NCBI RefSeq assembly: GCF_009914755.1
Contig: NC_060926.1
Source of the DNA: the human T2T-CHM13v2.0 reference genome, Homo sapiens
Direction: 5' to 3' (one strand)
DNA: 64,000 nucleotides
The translations under genes were made by a program, and so were the position numbers. The number at the start of each line of letters is the position of its first letter. Within the stretch, counting starts at the first letter, position 1. Of the stretch, positions 11,186 to 26,599 are shown one piece after another. The notes beneath the pieces are model-generated. The model did no database searches and was not told the DNA's origin. It saw only the letters and a program-made list of their open reading frames with translations.

Positions 11186-13911
11186 TGCTGTCTGCCCTCT
11201 CCTTTCTTCCTGTCTCAGGAAAAGTTGCACTTCCGTCAGATGGTACATATCACTTTTTATGTTAGCCCAGAATACTCGCAGGAAAGTAAGCCTCCCTCCT
11301 AAAGACAGACTGCATGGAGAATGAGAACTTGCAGGACTGGTCTGCTATGCTTTTACTTTCCTGGTGGCTAAATCTCAGAGAGGATTGCCTGGGGGTAGCG
11401 GAGCTGAGCCCCTTGTGTGGAGGCCACGGTCCCCTCACCAGCAGAGCCAGGCGATGGGCAAGCTTCCAAATTTGCAGTGTCGTCTCTGCTTCTTCCTGAC
11501 TGAGAATTGGGATGACTTTGGGGGCCGAGACGATGAGGAAACTTTAGCTTTACCTCTTTTTGTATCATGAGATAAGCTTGTGCGGAGCTCCACGTCGTTC
11601 TCTCCCTTCCTGGGCACCCCGCTTGGGCTACTTTACCCTGAAGTTACCCGAGAAACTCAGGGAACCAGTTCTCCTTTTTGGCTCCTTGCTTCGTGGATTT
11701 CTCCTCCTAGGCTCAGTGCACCTGCAGCCACCTCTGTGCACAATGATGCCTCCCACGAAGGAGGCTCAACTCGCAGGGCACGGGGCAGAGGGGAGCAGAG
11801 CACCCTCTTAGCCACTACAGACCAACCTCGCCCAGCCCCTTCTGACAGCAAAGGGAGTTTGGATAAACTGCACAGATAACCGTTTTGATTTGCAGGCAAA
11901 GCTTGGGCTGTATCTGAAGCTTTGCCAGAAATTTTCAGAACCTACACAGAATGTGAGCTCCTCTCCATGGGCACGCCTGGCTCCTGGGAGCAGTCCTGGC
12001 CCTGGCCGCTGCAGCTGCCCCACCTGCTCTCCACTGGGTGCCAGATCCACCTCTCAAATCTGTGCCACATGGAGCCTCTGCTCAGAGTCCTCAGTGGCTC
12101 TCCACCTGTCCCGGAGTCATGGCAAAGTTGGTGCTGCCCACAAGGCCCCACCTCACCCAGTCCTTGCTCCCTCAAGGGCCTGATCCACTTCTGGCCCCCG
12201 GCTCATTGCCTGCCCAGCTGCACTGGCCTCCTGGTGGGTTCTCCCTGCAGCCGAGCCCACTGCCTCCCTGGGCCTGCATGGCTGCCTTCCTTAGCCTGGG
12301 TGCCCCCACACATTTATAGCTCGACCCTCGTCCTCAGCAAATCTCTGCTGGAGGTGGGGGCTACCCTCTCCCGCTGTGGGAGGGAGCACCCCACACTGAG
12401 ACTCCCTGTCCACACCCTTTCTCCTGAGAGGTAGGTGTTCATAGTCACGTGACACCGCCTGCCTGAGGGTGGGTTGAGACCCCACCACCGCCTGGCCCCA
12501 ACATAGGGCAGCAAGGGGCGCCTGGAGGGACGTGGAGGGAAGCCCTAACAGTGGAGTGGGGTGCCCTGTGTCACCTGGCCAGGGCTGGCAGGCCTGCTGG
12601 GTGAGAGTGCCTCTGTCTCCTCACCCAGGCTTCTTGGTCCATTCCTTCACTCTTCAGATGTTTATCAACCCTAGACTGCGTGCCCAATGCCAGGGATGCT
12701 GTGGAGTGCACTGCCCTTAGGCACTCAGAACCCAAAGACGTGGAGACAAGACGAGAGAGTCTCCCCTGCCCGTGTGTGCATGCGTGTGTCCGTGTGCAGT
12801 GGGAGCTGCCGGCAGTGAGAGGGTGTGATCTCTGACATCTCTTCCACCTGTGGCCGCAGGTTCCCCTCAGCCCTCAGACCCCCTGAGGGGCCCCTGCCTC
12901 CCTCTGGAGTTCAGATACGTGAACACGATGGGAACACCAGAGGAAGCCCCTAGATGCTCTGGAAAGTCAGAGCCCCCCGAAGTCTCAGTGACAGCAGGAC
13001 AAAGATGCAGGGCCAGCCCGCTAGGTGGGGGAGCTGATGGTGGCTAACAGTTCCATAAGTGCCCCACCATAGATGGCAGTCGGCTGTCAGAGGCACAGTT
13101 TTGGGTTATTTCTGCACCAAAAGGCTGAGGGAGTTTCTGAACTATTCCCTTTTTAATTTTCCCTTCTCCCTGCGACACAGAGTGGGTTGGGCCCTGTGTG
13201 TGTGGCTGACCTGTGTGCCGCCAACGGATACTGCCTGTGTCAGGCTGGGTCACTGCGGTGGAGCAGGCAGCCCATCACCCTGCAGGCCCAGAGGCTGAAG
13301 GGGGCCCGGCAGGGTCAGGGGCCTTCTCTGGGCTCCAGCTTGTTATTGCTTCTAGGAAACCACTCGACTGCATGTGAGCCAGAAAAGTGGCGCAGCGTTC
13401 ATGTGGCCTCCAGGAGAGCAGGGCTGTGGGCCACTCATGGCCAGGCAGGGACTGCTTCTGGCATTTTACATGTGATTCTTCCACACAGTTGACTTAGGAG
13501 AGGGAAATCTTAGGCACTGGATGTGGGTTTATCCAGAGCTGCTGAGGGAGCTCTCCAAGGTTTTCAGTGATCGTGGCATTTCATGCTGAGCTCCCAAATG
13601 CCTGATATGTGAGCTGCGATATTTGCCAAGATGTGCCTTTGTAGTGGTGTCAAAGGGCAGTGTGCTCCGCCAGCCACCTCCAGTGGCATCCTAAAGGGAC
13701 AGGGAAGGCGAGCGTTGGCACCCTGCCCCGCAGCCTCTGTTCTTCACAAAGGCGCATCTGTGTCTGTGGCTTTCCTTCTCCCCAGGTGGAAGTGAAAACA
13801 CAGACTTTGGAAGAGCTAGTAAATGAGTTTAAAATGCACTTTAAAGACTCCTTGTAGATGGCAGGTCCTACCATGTCACCTGAATCCTTTGTGAATGTAG
13901 TATTTACGAAG

Positions 13912-14034
13912 CTTAGGAAGAAAGGTGATATAGTTTTTTAGTAACCACTTTATGTTCATAGCTCAGGCTTACACTTAGGAAGAAAGGTGATATAGTTTTT
14001 AGTAACCACTTTATGTTCACAGCTCAGGCTTACA
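13912..14034 (+). repeat. Two-copy tandem duplication of a 62/61-bp unit
   Basis: cttaggaagaaaggtgatatagtttttt agtaaccactttatgttcatagctcaggcttaca at 13912-13973, repeated at 13974-14034 with one fewer T and one T>C change. Confidence 0.95.
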
Positions 14035-14370
14035 ATCCTTTAGGACCACCCTGAGACCACCTGAATACAAAGGAGAGCCACTGCCATATGGTAACGGCAT
14101 TTGGTGTATTTTCAAAACTTGGAAATACCAGGGAATAGGGAAAACAGCATATGAAAGTCTACGGGCCCACAGTGAGTAATGAGCACTTGACATGAAACCT
14201 GTAAACGAAATTGAGCTTTGTATCTGAAAGAGAAATTATGTTGTGGAAACAAGTTTCATTCATAAAATTCTTGAATGCTGGCATATTGGCCCAGGAACTT
14301 GTCTGCTTCATCTGACTCTTGGTGATGCCTGTGGTTTCTGGTTTGGTTTAGTTCACTCATCTACATCAAG

Positions 14371-14562
14371 CAAGGGTTGGTGGACTAGGACTCTCTGACC
14401 AAATCCTGCCTGCCAACTGTTTTTGTAAATAAAGTTTTATTGGTACACAGCCATAATTCATGTATGCATAACTGCTGTCATGCTACAATGGAGGGTTGAG
14501 TAATTGACCTACAACTCCTGAAATAGTCTCTGGCTCTTTCTAGAAAACGTTCCTGACCTGTG
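14371..14562. mobile_element. MER58A-like (hAT-Charlie) element
   Basis: caagggttgg...ccaaatcctgcctgccaactgtttttgtaaataaagttttattggtacacagcc...tctggctctttctagaaaacgttcctgacctgtg. Confidence 0.8.
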
Positions 14563-15990
14563 ACATAGAGCACAGCACTATCAGGGCCAAGGGCACAGGT
14601 GTTGTCCCTGTATGCTCCCTTCAGCGTGGCTTTCCTCTTCGGCCATTGGGAGCCTCTGGTATTGAGTGTGCATCTGTTGGGAAACAGTGAGTGGAGACCC
14701 TGGGGACGCCCTCCTCTGTGAAGCAGCAACTTAACACGCAGGTCCATGCCATGCGGATCAGTCTTGCCGTCTTCATATACAAAGCCCATTTGGTGTTTTG
14801 AGGAGGGGTATTTCTCCATATACTAATGAGTCTGTGAAGCAGCTATTTCCTCCTTCCTTGTCCTTCTGAAAGCAATGGCTCCAGGTTTTTGTAACATGAG
14901 GACAAATCAGAGTCCTGTTGTGATCTAGCCATGAAAAGTTGCCATTGTTTCCCTGGTCCTGCATTGGGGGTGGAGAATCATTATTGTTTCCAGAACACAC
15001 CAGATTTATGCTGGTAGCCCTAACATGCTACAGTGAATGTTTTCATTGCCCAGCACTCAAACATTCCTCTTTGGAGGTTGTAATTATTGTGGGAGTTTGG
15101 GTTAGAGGCAGAGCTGGGGAAACCTTCCTTGACATTCTTAGAGTTAATTATGGATTTTTAGGTACAGGGAGTGGCTGACTTCCTGCACCCCAGTATTTTC
15201 CCAGCCCAGCCTCTACACCAAAATGACTGCCAACTAAATAGGAACATTCTAGATCCCACCGCCCTCCTGAGGTCCCACACAGCCACAGAAACCAGAATTT
15301 CCCACATTGATATTTGAGCCAGAAGAGATGCCTGCTGCCAGGTGCCACCACACTGCAGCTAGGTCTATGTTGGACTTGCCTCTCTAGCCAGATGGAGCCA
15401 TGGCAGGGTCCACTGCTCATTCACTAATCTCACAGTAGCACGACACTCGACATGCTTGGGTTTTAGATGCCACATATGGCAGCCTGGTGGGGTTTTCATG
15501 TGCTTTCTCAATACCAGATGCTGACCTTCTCTTTACCACAGGCCCCCTCCTCCTCCTTGGGAGGGGATAGTTTCTTCCTCAGCCAAAGGCCCATCCCAGG
15601 GCTTGGCACTTAGGAGATGCTTGAATATATTGGTGACGTGATGAGGAGCAACCTGACCCTGCTGAACACTAGTAGTGATGGCCAACTCCTGGCCTGTGAA
15701 GTACACCCATCTTTGGACAGCCCTGCCTCACAGGGAGCCTGCCCACATTGCAGTAACATGGGGTCCTTGGTGCAAATCCCACCCTCCTGGGTGACTGAAA
15801 ATAAGCCTGGTTCTTCAGCATGGTAATGATGTCAAAGCTTAAAGACATGATCACGGCCCCCACAGCGCTCTCACTTCCCAGGCTGAGCCATCCCACCTCC
15901 TTCCCTGGCTTGCCATGACTCGGTTCTGGACTGTTCCGTGATGGTCCACTTCTGCAGCACAGATGTCCTGTAGAGACATGCTAGCACTGA

Positions 15991-16471
<481 letters not shown>

Positions 16472-18599
16472 AACAGAATATATTCTTACCTAGTGATGAA
16501 ATGATGGATACTGGGGCTCCTGTGCCTCTGACAGTTACCAGCCCGCCCTTCCCGCATGTCTACTAACACTACAGATGAGTTGTGTTTGCTCTTGACCTTC
16601 ACATCAAGGAATCACGCAGGATTTATTTTTGTGTCCAACTTTGTTTTCTCTCAGTTTTATATTTGTGAGCTATACCCATGTTGTTGTAGGGCACTGTAGT
16701 TTGCTCATTTTCATTGCTCTGTGGTGCTATTTTAGATTTTTAAAAAATAGGTGTTATATTTTTAGAGCCGTTGTAAGTTCACAGCAAAATTGAGCAGAAG
16801 ATACAGAGATTTCCCATAAACCTCTGCCCCTACATGCAAAGCCTCCTGCATTGTCAACATCACTCACCAGAGTTAGTGCATTTGTTACAATCAATGAGCC
16901 TATATTGACAAATCGTTATTACTCTAAGCCTATAGTCACTCTTGGTGCAGAGTCTACTGATGGAGATGTCATGTATCTACCATTATAGGCCCATACAAAG
17001 TAGGTTCACTGCCCTGAAAATCCTCTGACCTGTCTATCCATCCCTCCCTCCTCCACCACCCCTGGCAACCACTGACCTTTGTACTGTCTTCATAGTTTTT
17101 CCTTTCCCAGAACGTCATACGGTTGAAATCATACAATATGTAGCCTTTTCGTAATGGTTGCCTTCACTTAGCAATTTGCATTTAAGGTCCTTCCATGTCT
17201 TTTCATAGCTTAATAGCTCATTTCCTTTTTTATCATTGAGTAATATGCCATTATCTGGATGTACCACAGTTTGTTTATCCATTCACCTACTAAACGACAT
17301 CTTGGTTACTTCCATGTTTGGGTAATTATAAATAAAGCCACTCTAAACATCCATATGCAGGTTTTTGTGTGGACATAAGCTTTCAGCTCCTTTGGATAAA
17401 TACTAAGGAGTGTGATTACTAGTTTGCATGGTAAAAGCATGCCTAGTTTTGTAAGAAATTTCCAAACTGTGTTCCAAAGTTGCTGGGCCATTTTGCATTT
17501 CTGCCAGCCGTGAATGAGCGTTCCTGTTGCTCCACATCCTCATCAACACACTACACACTACACTGTCTTCTTTGGTGAAGTGTCTTCTTTGGTGAAGGTC
17601 TTTGACTCACCATTCAATCAGACTGTTTTCTTGTTGTTGAGTTTTAAGAGTTTTTTGTGTATTTTGCATAATAATCCTTTATCATAGTTGTCTTTTGATA
17701 ATATTTTCTCCCAGTCTGTAGCGTGTCTTCTCATTACCTTGACAGTATCTTTTGCAGAGTACAAATTACTAATTTTAATGAAGTCTAACTTATCAATTCT
17801 TTCTTTTGTGGATCATGCTTTTGGTGCTATATCCAAAAAGTCATTGCCAAACCCAAGATCATCTAGATTTTCTCCTACATTATCTTCTAGGAGTTTTGTA
17901 GTTTTATATTTTACATTTAGGTCTGTGATCTATATTGAGTTCATTTTTGTGAGGGGTGGAATGTTTATTTCTAGATTTTTTGCATGTGGATGTCTAGTTT
18001 TCCTACCACTGTTTATTTTAAAAACTATCTTTTCTCCATTGTATTGTCTTTGTTCCTTTGTCAAAGATCAGCTGACTGTATTTATGTGGGTTTATTTCTG
18101 GGTGCTCTCTTCCATTCCATTGATCTAGTTGTCTATTGCATTGCCAATGACAGACTGTCTTCATTATTGTAACTTTATTTTCAGTCTCGAAGTCATGTAG
18201 TGTTGGCCCTTGTTCTTCTCCTTCAATATTTGTTGGCTCTTCTAGGTCTCTTGCCTCTCCATATAAACTTTAGAATCAGTTGGTCAATATTCACAAAAGA
18301 ACTTGCTGATACTTTGATTGAGATTGTGTTAAATCTATACAACAAGTTGAAAAGAACTGACATCTTGACAATATTGAGTCTTCCTATCCATGAACATGAA
18401 ATATCTATTTGTTTAGTTCTCCTTTGATTTCTTTCATCTGAGATTTTTAATTTTCCCTATATACATCTTGCACATATTTTGTTACACTTATACTTAAGTA
18501 TTTCATTTGTACCTAAGTATTTCATGATACCATTTACATTTATACCTAATGTAAATTGTATCATGTTTTAACTTAAATTTCATTTGTCCATTCCTGGTA

Positions 18600-19621
18600 C
18601 AGGTTGAGCATCACTAATCTGGAAACTTGAAATCCAGAATGCTCCAAAATCCAAAATTTTTTGAGCACCAACATGATGCTGCAAGTGGAATATTCCACAC
18701 CTGACCTTATGTAATGGGTTGTAGTCAAAATGAAGGCACACAACACACAGTTTCTTCAGCATCCTCAAGGGAAAAAAGACCCTCCCAGGCCCCTTCAGCT
18801 GTGATATTTATTTTCCACACATGCCCAGATTCCCCCATGCAAGCACAACCATAAAGGGTCATAAAATGGCACATGTGTAGGCTGCACATGCCAATGGCAG
18901 GTTCTCCACGTGAAAAGAGAGATTTCTATGACCATTGTTGATGAGGCAGATGACTGCAGAAAAATATTTTTAAAAGCCATCCAGCAGAATGTTTCCTCAT
19001 CCACAGAGGACCCACTTACTGGTCCCTTAACCACTTCTGATGTTTCCTTGCACCAAAAAAAAAAAAAAAAAAGTATACACTTACCTTTTAATCAAAGCAC
19101 AGCATCATAGGTAGAGACTGAAAGCCTGCCATTGTTTGTTGTTGCTGTTGTTTAACAGCTGATACAGGTATTCTGGAGAGGCTACTGTGCCGCTTAGTTA
19201 CTCTGAACATGTAATTTTTTTCACTGTATTAATAATATGTCATATTTTTTACTGCTAAATACTTATGTGTGAATAATTGTAAGAAAATGATTGCTTATTG
19301 GTAGCATATAAATCCAGAGTCAGAAGTGAGGCTGATGCCAAACAACCACAGATGGTCCGCATGGGTGATACCCTTTGCTTTTTGTAGGCTCGATGTACAC
19401 AAACTTTGTTTCATGCACAAAATTATTAAAATGTTGTATAAAATTACCTTCAGGTTGTGTGTATAAGGTATATATAAAACACAAATGAATTTTGTGTTTA
19501 GACTGGGGTCCCATACCCAAGATATCTCATTATGTATATGCAAATATTCCAAAATCTGAAAACATCTGAAGTCCAAAACACTTTTGGTCTCAAGCATTTC
19601 AAATAAAAGATACTCAGCCTG
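18600..19621. mobile_element. Tigger4/Zombi (MER46-family, TcMar-Tigger) internally deleted DNA transposon nested in L1 ORF2
   Basis: Terminal inverted repeats caggttgagcatc (18600-) and gatactcagcctg (-19621). TA target duplication at 18598-18599 and 19622-19623. The L1 sequence rejoins seamlessly (ttcctggta|tataggaaagcaattgac). Confidence 0.88.
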
Positions 19622-20404
19622 TATATAGGAAAGCAATTGACTTTTGTATATTAGCCTTGTATCCTGCAACCTTGCTATAATCAAGTATTAGTTCTAGAAG
19701 TTCTTCAGTTGGTTCTTTCAGATTTTCTAAATAGATGATCATGTCATCTGTAAACAAAGGCAGTTTTATTTCTTCCCTCCCAATCTGTACACTTTTAATT
19801 TCCTTTTCTTGTCTTATTGTATTATCAAATATTTTTAGTATGATGTTAAAAAGCAGGGGCAGAGAGTACATTCTTGCCTTGTCCTTGATCTTAGTGGGAA
19901 AGTTTAAAGTTTCCCACCATTAAGTTTCTCGTAATTAGGTGAACTGTAGGTTATTTGTAGATGTTCTTTATCAAGTTGAAGAAGTTCCCCTCTATTTGTA
20001 GTTTACTGAGAGTTTTTATCATGAATGGGTATTGGATTTTGTTAAAAGCTTTTTCTGTATTTACTGATATGAGCATGTGATTTTTCTTCTTTAGCCTGTG
20101 GATATGATAGGTTACATTTATTGATTTTTAGATGTTGAGCCAGCCTTGCATACCTGGGATAAATTCCACTTGGCTGTGGTATATAATTCTTTTTATACCT
20201 TGTTGGATTAAATTTTCTAATATTTTGTTGAGGATATTTGCGTTTATGTTCATGAGATATATAGGTCTGTAATTTTCTTGCAATGGCTTTGTCTGCTTTG
20301 GTATTAGGGTAACGTTAACCTCATAGAAGTTAGGAAATATTCTTTCTGCGAAGTATTGAGATTGTAGAGAATTGGTATAATTTCTTCATTTATATGTTTG
20401 GTAG

Positions 20405-20746
<342 letters not shown>

Positions 20747-23700
20747 TAATAGATAAAGGCCTATTGAATTATATATTTCTTCTTGTATGAGTTTTAGCAG
20801 ATTGTCTTTTAAGGAATTGTTCCATTTCATCTGGGTTATCAAATTTGTGGACATAGCATTATTCATAATATTCTTTTATTTTTTTAACATCCATGGGACA
20901 TACAGGGATGCCCCCTCTTTTATTCCTGATATTAGTACTTTGTGTCCTCTGTTTTTCTTAGTTTGCTTGCTAGAAGCATATGATTTTTATTGATCTTTTT
21001 AAAGATTAATTTATTGATCTTTTTTGTTTCATTGATTTTTCTCTATTGTTTTCAATTTCATTGATTTCTTCTATTTCTTTTATTTTATTTATTATTTGCA
21101 TTTAATTTGCTCTTTTTTTCCTAGTGTCCTAAAGTGAAGATTTAGATTATTTATTTTAGATCTTCCTTCTTTTCTAATCGATGCATTCAGTGCTATAAAT
21201 TTCCCTGTAGGTGCTACTTTTGCGGCATCTCACAAATGTTGGTAAATTACATCTTCATTTTTATTTAGTTCAAAATATTTTTTAAATTTCTCTTGAGAGT
21301 TTTTCTAAGACCCAAGTGTTACTTGGAAGTATGTTGTTAAATCTCCAAGTATTTTGGGATTTCCAGCTATCTTTCTATTATGGATGTCTAATTTAATGCT
21401 ATTGTGGCCTGAGAGTAGACATTGTATGATTTTTATTTGTTTAAATTTGTTAAGGTGTGTTTTGCAGACCAGAATATGGTCTGTCCTGGTGAATGTTCCC
21501 TGTGGGCTTGAAAAGAATGTGTAATCTGCTGTTGTTGGTTGAGATATTATGTGGATGTCAGTTGTATCCAGTAGATTGATGGTGCCATTAAGTGCTATTA
21601 AGTTCAGTTATATCCTTACTGATTTTCTGCTTGCTGTCTCTGTCCATTTCTGATTCAGGGGTGTTAAAGTCTCCAGCTGTAATACTGGATTCATCTACTT
21701 CTCCTTCTGTCAGTTTTTTGCATCATGTATTTTGACACTGTTGTTAGGTGCGTGTAATGATAAGGATTATTATGTCTTCTTGGGGAATTGACCCCTTCGT
21801 CATTATGTAATGCCCCTATTTATTCTGATAACTTTTCTCACTCTGAAGTCTGTTTTGTCTGAAATTAATATGGATATCTTTTGATTAGTGTTAGCATGTT
21901 ATCTCTTTCTTCATTGATTTGCTGTTAATCTGCTTGTGTGTGTATATTTAAAGTAGATTTCTTGTAAACAACATATAGTTGTATCTTGTTTTATTTTATC
22001 AACTTAAAATTTTTAATTTGTATATTTACATCATTAATTTTCAAAGTGATGTGTGATAGAGTCAGGTTAAATTCTACCATATTTGCATTATTTTATTATA
22101 TTTGTTGCCCTTGTTTTTTGTTATTTTTCCTGTCTTTCACTCTTTTTCGGTCTTTTGTGGTTTTTATTGAGCATTTTTTATTTTCTATTTTCTCTCCTTT
22201 ATTAGCATATCAGTTGTACCTCTTTTTTTACTTTTTTAATTGGTTGCATTGGAGTCTGCAATATTCATTTACAATGAATTCAAGCCCACTTTCAAATAAC
22301 TGTGCTGCTTTGCAAGCAGTATGAGTACTTGTAATAACAAAATAATACTTATTTCTCCCTCCTGTTCCTTGTATCATTGGTGTGATTCATTTCTCTTGTA
22401 CATGAGCATTGTAAGTGTATGTAAACACACACACATAAGCATAAAATGATCAAATACATTGTTTTTATTTTAAACAGTTATTTGTTAAATCAATTAAGAA
22501 TAGCAAAAATAAAAGTTTTAAGTTTACTGCCATTCCTTCTCTGGTGCGTTGCCTTTCTTTCTGTAGATCTGAATTTCTGACCTATATTATTTTTCTTCTC
22601 TCCAAAGAACTCTTTAAAAACAGTTCTTGCAAGGCACATCTACTGGCAACACATTCACTCAATTCTTGTTTGTTTGACAAATCTTTATTCATGCTTCACT
22701 TTTGAAGGATAATTTCACAGGTACAGAATTCTAGGTTGGTAGGTTTTTTCTGTCAACACCTTAAATATTTTACTCCACTCTCTTGCTTGCATTTTCTTTT
22801 GAAAATTCAAATGTAACTCTTTTCCTTTGCTCCTTTATAGGTAATGTGTTTTTTCCCCTCTGACTTCTTTCAGGATTTTTTCTTTATCTTTTATTTTATG
22901 TAGTTTGAAAGTGCTATACCAAGGTGTCATTTTTCTGGCATCTATCCTGCTTGTTGTTCTCTGAGCTTCCTGGATCTGTGGTTTGGTGTCTGACAATAAT
23001 TTGGAGAAATTCTCAGTTATTATTGTTTCAAATATTCCTTCTGTTCCTTTCTATCTTTCTTCTCCTTCTAGTATTCCCATTACATATGTATAATTGCCCC
23101 ACAATTCTTGCTTTGAAGTTGTCCTGCAGTTCTTGGATGCTCCATTATGGTTTTTTTTTTTTCTAATTTTTTTTTTCTGTTTGCTTTTCCATGGTGGAGG
23201 TTTCTATTGAGATATCCTCAAGCTCAGAGAGTCTTTCCTCAACTGTGTCCAGTCTCCTAATAAGCACGTCGAAGGCATTCTTCATTTCTGCTACAGGGTT
23301 TTTGATTGCTAACATTTCTTTTCTGGCTCTTTATCTTTGCTTACATCACCCATCTGTTCTTACATGCTGTCTAGTTCAAACATTAAAGCCCTTAGTATGT
23401 GAATCATAGTTGTTTTGTATCCGTGATCTTTTAAGTCTAACATTAGTTGCCACATCTCAATCTGGTTCTGATGCTTGCTCTGTCTCTTCAAACTGTGGGG
23501 TTTTTTGCCTTTCAGTATGTACTGTGATATTTTCTTGATACCAGACATGGTGGACTGGGTAAAAAGAACTGCTGTAAATAGGCCTTTGGTGCTGTGGGGG
23601 CCATGCGGCCACAAATGTTCTATAGTCCTGGGATCAGGTCTCAGTCTTTCAGCAAGCTTGTGCCCCTGGCCTGTGAACTTCCCCAGTGCTTCTCAGTTTC

Positions 23701-23799
23701 CCCCACTCCTCTGTAGGTGAAACAGGATGGCTACAGTGGGTTGAAGTTTGGTATTTCCCTTGCCCCCAGTAGGTAAGGCTCTCATAAAACCCCAATGGG

Positions 23800-24066
23800 G
23801 GCCAGATGTGGTGGCTCACCCCTGTACTCTCAGCACTTTGGGAGGCCAGTGCAGGCAGATTACTTGAGGTCAGGAGTTCGAGACCAGCCTGGCCAACATG
23901 GTGAAACCTTGTCTCTACTAAAAATGCAAAAATTAACTGGGTGTAGTGGCACACGCTTGTAATCCCAGCTACTTAGGAGACTGAGGCAGAAGGATCGTGA
24001 GACTCTGTCTCAAAAAGAAACACAGACACACACACACATATAAAACAAACAAACAAACAAACAAAC
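23800..24066 (+). mobile_element. AluS-like with right-arm internal deletion; tail converted to (CA)n/(AAAC)n
   Basis: ggccagatgtggtggctca...aggcagaaggatcg|tgagactctgtctcaaaa. Imperfect TSD aaaaccccaatggg / aaaacatcccaatggg. Confidence 0.92.
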
Positions 24067-25269
24067 AAAACATCCCAATGGGTGAGGCTGTGGTTAACTA
24101 GTTTATCCTGTATGTGGATCTTATTAAGCACAGAATGCTCTGGCATGTTTCACAGTGGTTCCTCTTCCCCTCCCCCTGCCAGAAGCACGAGTGGATTTTT
24201 CTCTGATATTCACTATGAAGACTTAGTGGAGCTGCTCCTTGAGGCACAATTCACAAAGGTGTGGGCCCCCCAGTGACTGGGCCCCTGCAGTTCTTACCTC
24301 TCAGGCTGTCCACACTGAACCTCCAGCACACATCAGTTACAGTTCAGGCCCTCCTAGCCGAGCACTGCTTCCCACGGAGGCTGCTGCTTGGGGATTTCTG
24401 GTATTTCCCTATTGATCTCTTCAATTTGGGGGGCAGCAGTTTGCCCTGTGACCTCAGTTCTCTTACAGATCTAAGAAGAGGAGTTGCTTTTTCAGTTTGT
24501 TCAGCTTTTTTACTCATTGTTAAGATGGAGTGGTGACTTTCAGCTTCTTACGTTCTAGACTGGGAGCCGGACACCCCCCTGTTAGCTATTGAATGGTGTG
24601 TGTGCTAATACACCTTTAACAACCAACTCCTAATGATAGTTACTGTGGCGGTTGTATTTAACTAAAAGCCACAGACACTGTTTTATTTCATTGATCTTCT
24701 TATCAAGGAACATTTATGTTATTTAGTTTTTTTGCCTAAATGGAGAAATGTACAATTTGCATGTATCTGTGGTCCCGGCTGTCGACTGTACTTGTGAACT
24801 ATGATCCTGCCATCGCAGGTATCCATCCCTTTCACTGTTAAATTGCCTGGAAATCAACTTTCTTTACAAAAGAAAAGTATATTTTTGATATTTGGTTTTT
24901 CAACATTTAAAAAAATTTCAGAGTGGAAATATACATGTCATTTAGAAGCACAAGAAAATTACATGCTGCTTGCTTTCTTCCTGAATTTGTTTTCTGGCAT
25001 ATAAGACAATTCTGTTATGAAACTATTAAATACTTGGTATTCACTGAGATTATTTGAAAAATAGGAAAGAAAAAATAAATATAAAAGTGTTCCACCTCTT
25101 CTATCTCCTAGAGTTATCCATTCTTTAAATTTTGGCATATATATTTTCAAACTTTTTCTAGGTATATATATATTTAAACTTTCTTAAGCAAAAATAGTAA
25201 AATTAATGATGACATTCCACTTTATGGGCACCATGCAAATGGGTTTGTATCTTACTTTGCTTTTTTCGT

Positions 25270-25550
25270 TTAAAAATAACTATCAAGTCCACTAAGTAAA
25301 TTACAGTAAATTCATATAATGGAATGTCTCTGTGTAGTTAGTGAGGAAGATCTATATGTACTGTCACTAAATGATCTTTAGACTAAATTAAGTGGAAAAA
25401 AGCAAGATACAGAAAAGTGTGGTGAGTTCACTACCATTTATATCTTTCTAAAAGGCATGAATGTATGTGTGCATATATACGTTTATGCACGTATACATAT
25501 ATACATACTTGAGGAGAATATCTCTGTACTTCTCTAAGGCTATATAAGAA
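25270..25550 (+). mobile_element. Old L1M 3' fragment
   Basis: taaattacagtaaattcatataatggaat...gatctatatgtactg...taagtggaaaaaagcaagatacagaaaagtgtg is typical of an L1ME/MC 3' UTR. Confidence 0.55.
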
Positions 25551-25557
25551 GCTTTAT

Positions 25558-25870
25558 GGCTGGGCATGGTGGTTCATGCCTGTAATCCCAGCACTTTAGG
25601 AGGCTGAGGTGGAAGGATCACTTGAGCCCAGGAGTTTGAGACCAGCCTGGGCAGCATAGTGAGACCTTGTCTCTACAAATAATAATCAACAAAATTAGCT
25701 GCGTGTGGTGGCACACGCCTGTGGTCCCAGCTACTCAGGAGGCTGAGGAGGGAGGACCACTTGCGCCTGGAAAGTCAAAGCTGCAGTGAGCTGTGATTGT
25801 GCCACTGCACTCCAGCCTGGGCAACAGAGCAAGACCTCGTCTCAAAAACAAATAAATAAATAAACAAAAA
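25558..25870 (+). mobile_element. Alu SINE (AluJ-like), sense
   Basis: ggctgggcatggtggttcatgcctgtaatcccagc...ttgagcccaggagtttgag...gcaagacctcgtctcaaaaacaaataaataaa. Confidence 0.95.
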
Positions 25871-25947
25871 GAAACTTATTAATGATTGCTTTGTGGAAGG
25901 TAAGCTGAAATACCAGCGATCAGGACTGGGATTCGTTTTTTGAATTT

Positions 25948-26578
<631 letters not shown>

Positions 26579-26599
26579 TGAATTTAATATTAACATTTC

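Noticed and set aside
12505-12525. CTCF-like motif gcagcaaggggcgc, and REST half-sites (tcagcacc) near 7212 and 54565
   Set aside because: Mismatches at core positions or a missing second half-site. Not supportable without ChIP data.
13912-14034. Direct repeats as a CRISPR-like array
   Set aside because: Only two abutting copies with no spacers, in a mammalian intron.
19614-19871. Reverse transcriptase ORF as an active or novel retro-element system
   Set aside because: A fragment of a dead L1 ORF2, broken by stops, frameshifts and a Tigger insertion.
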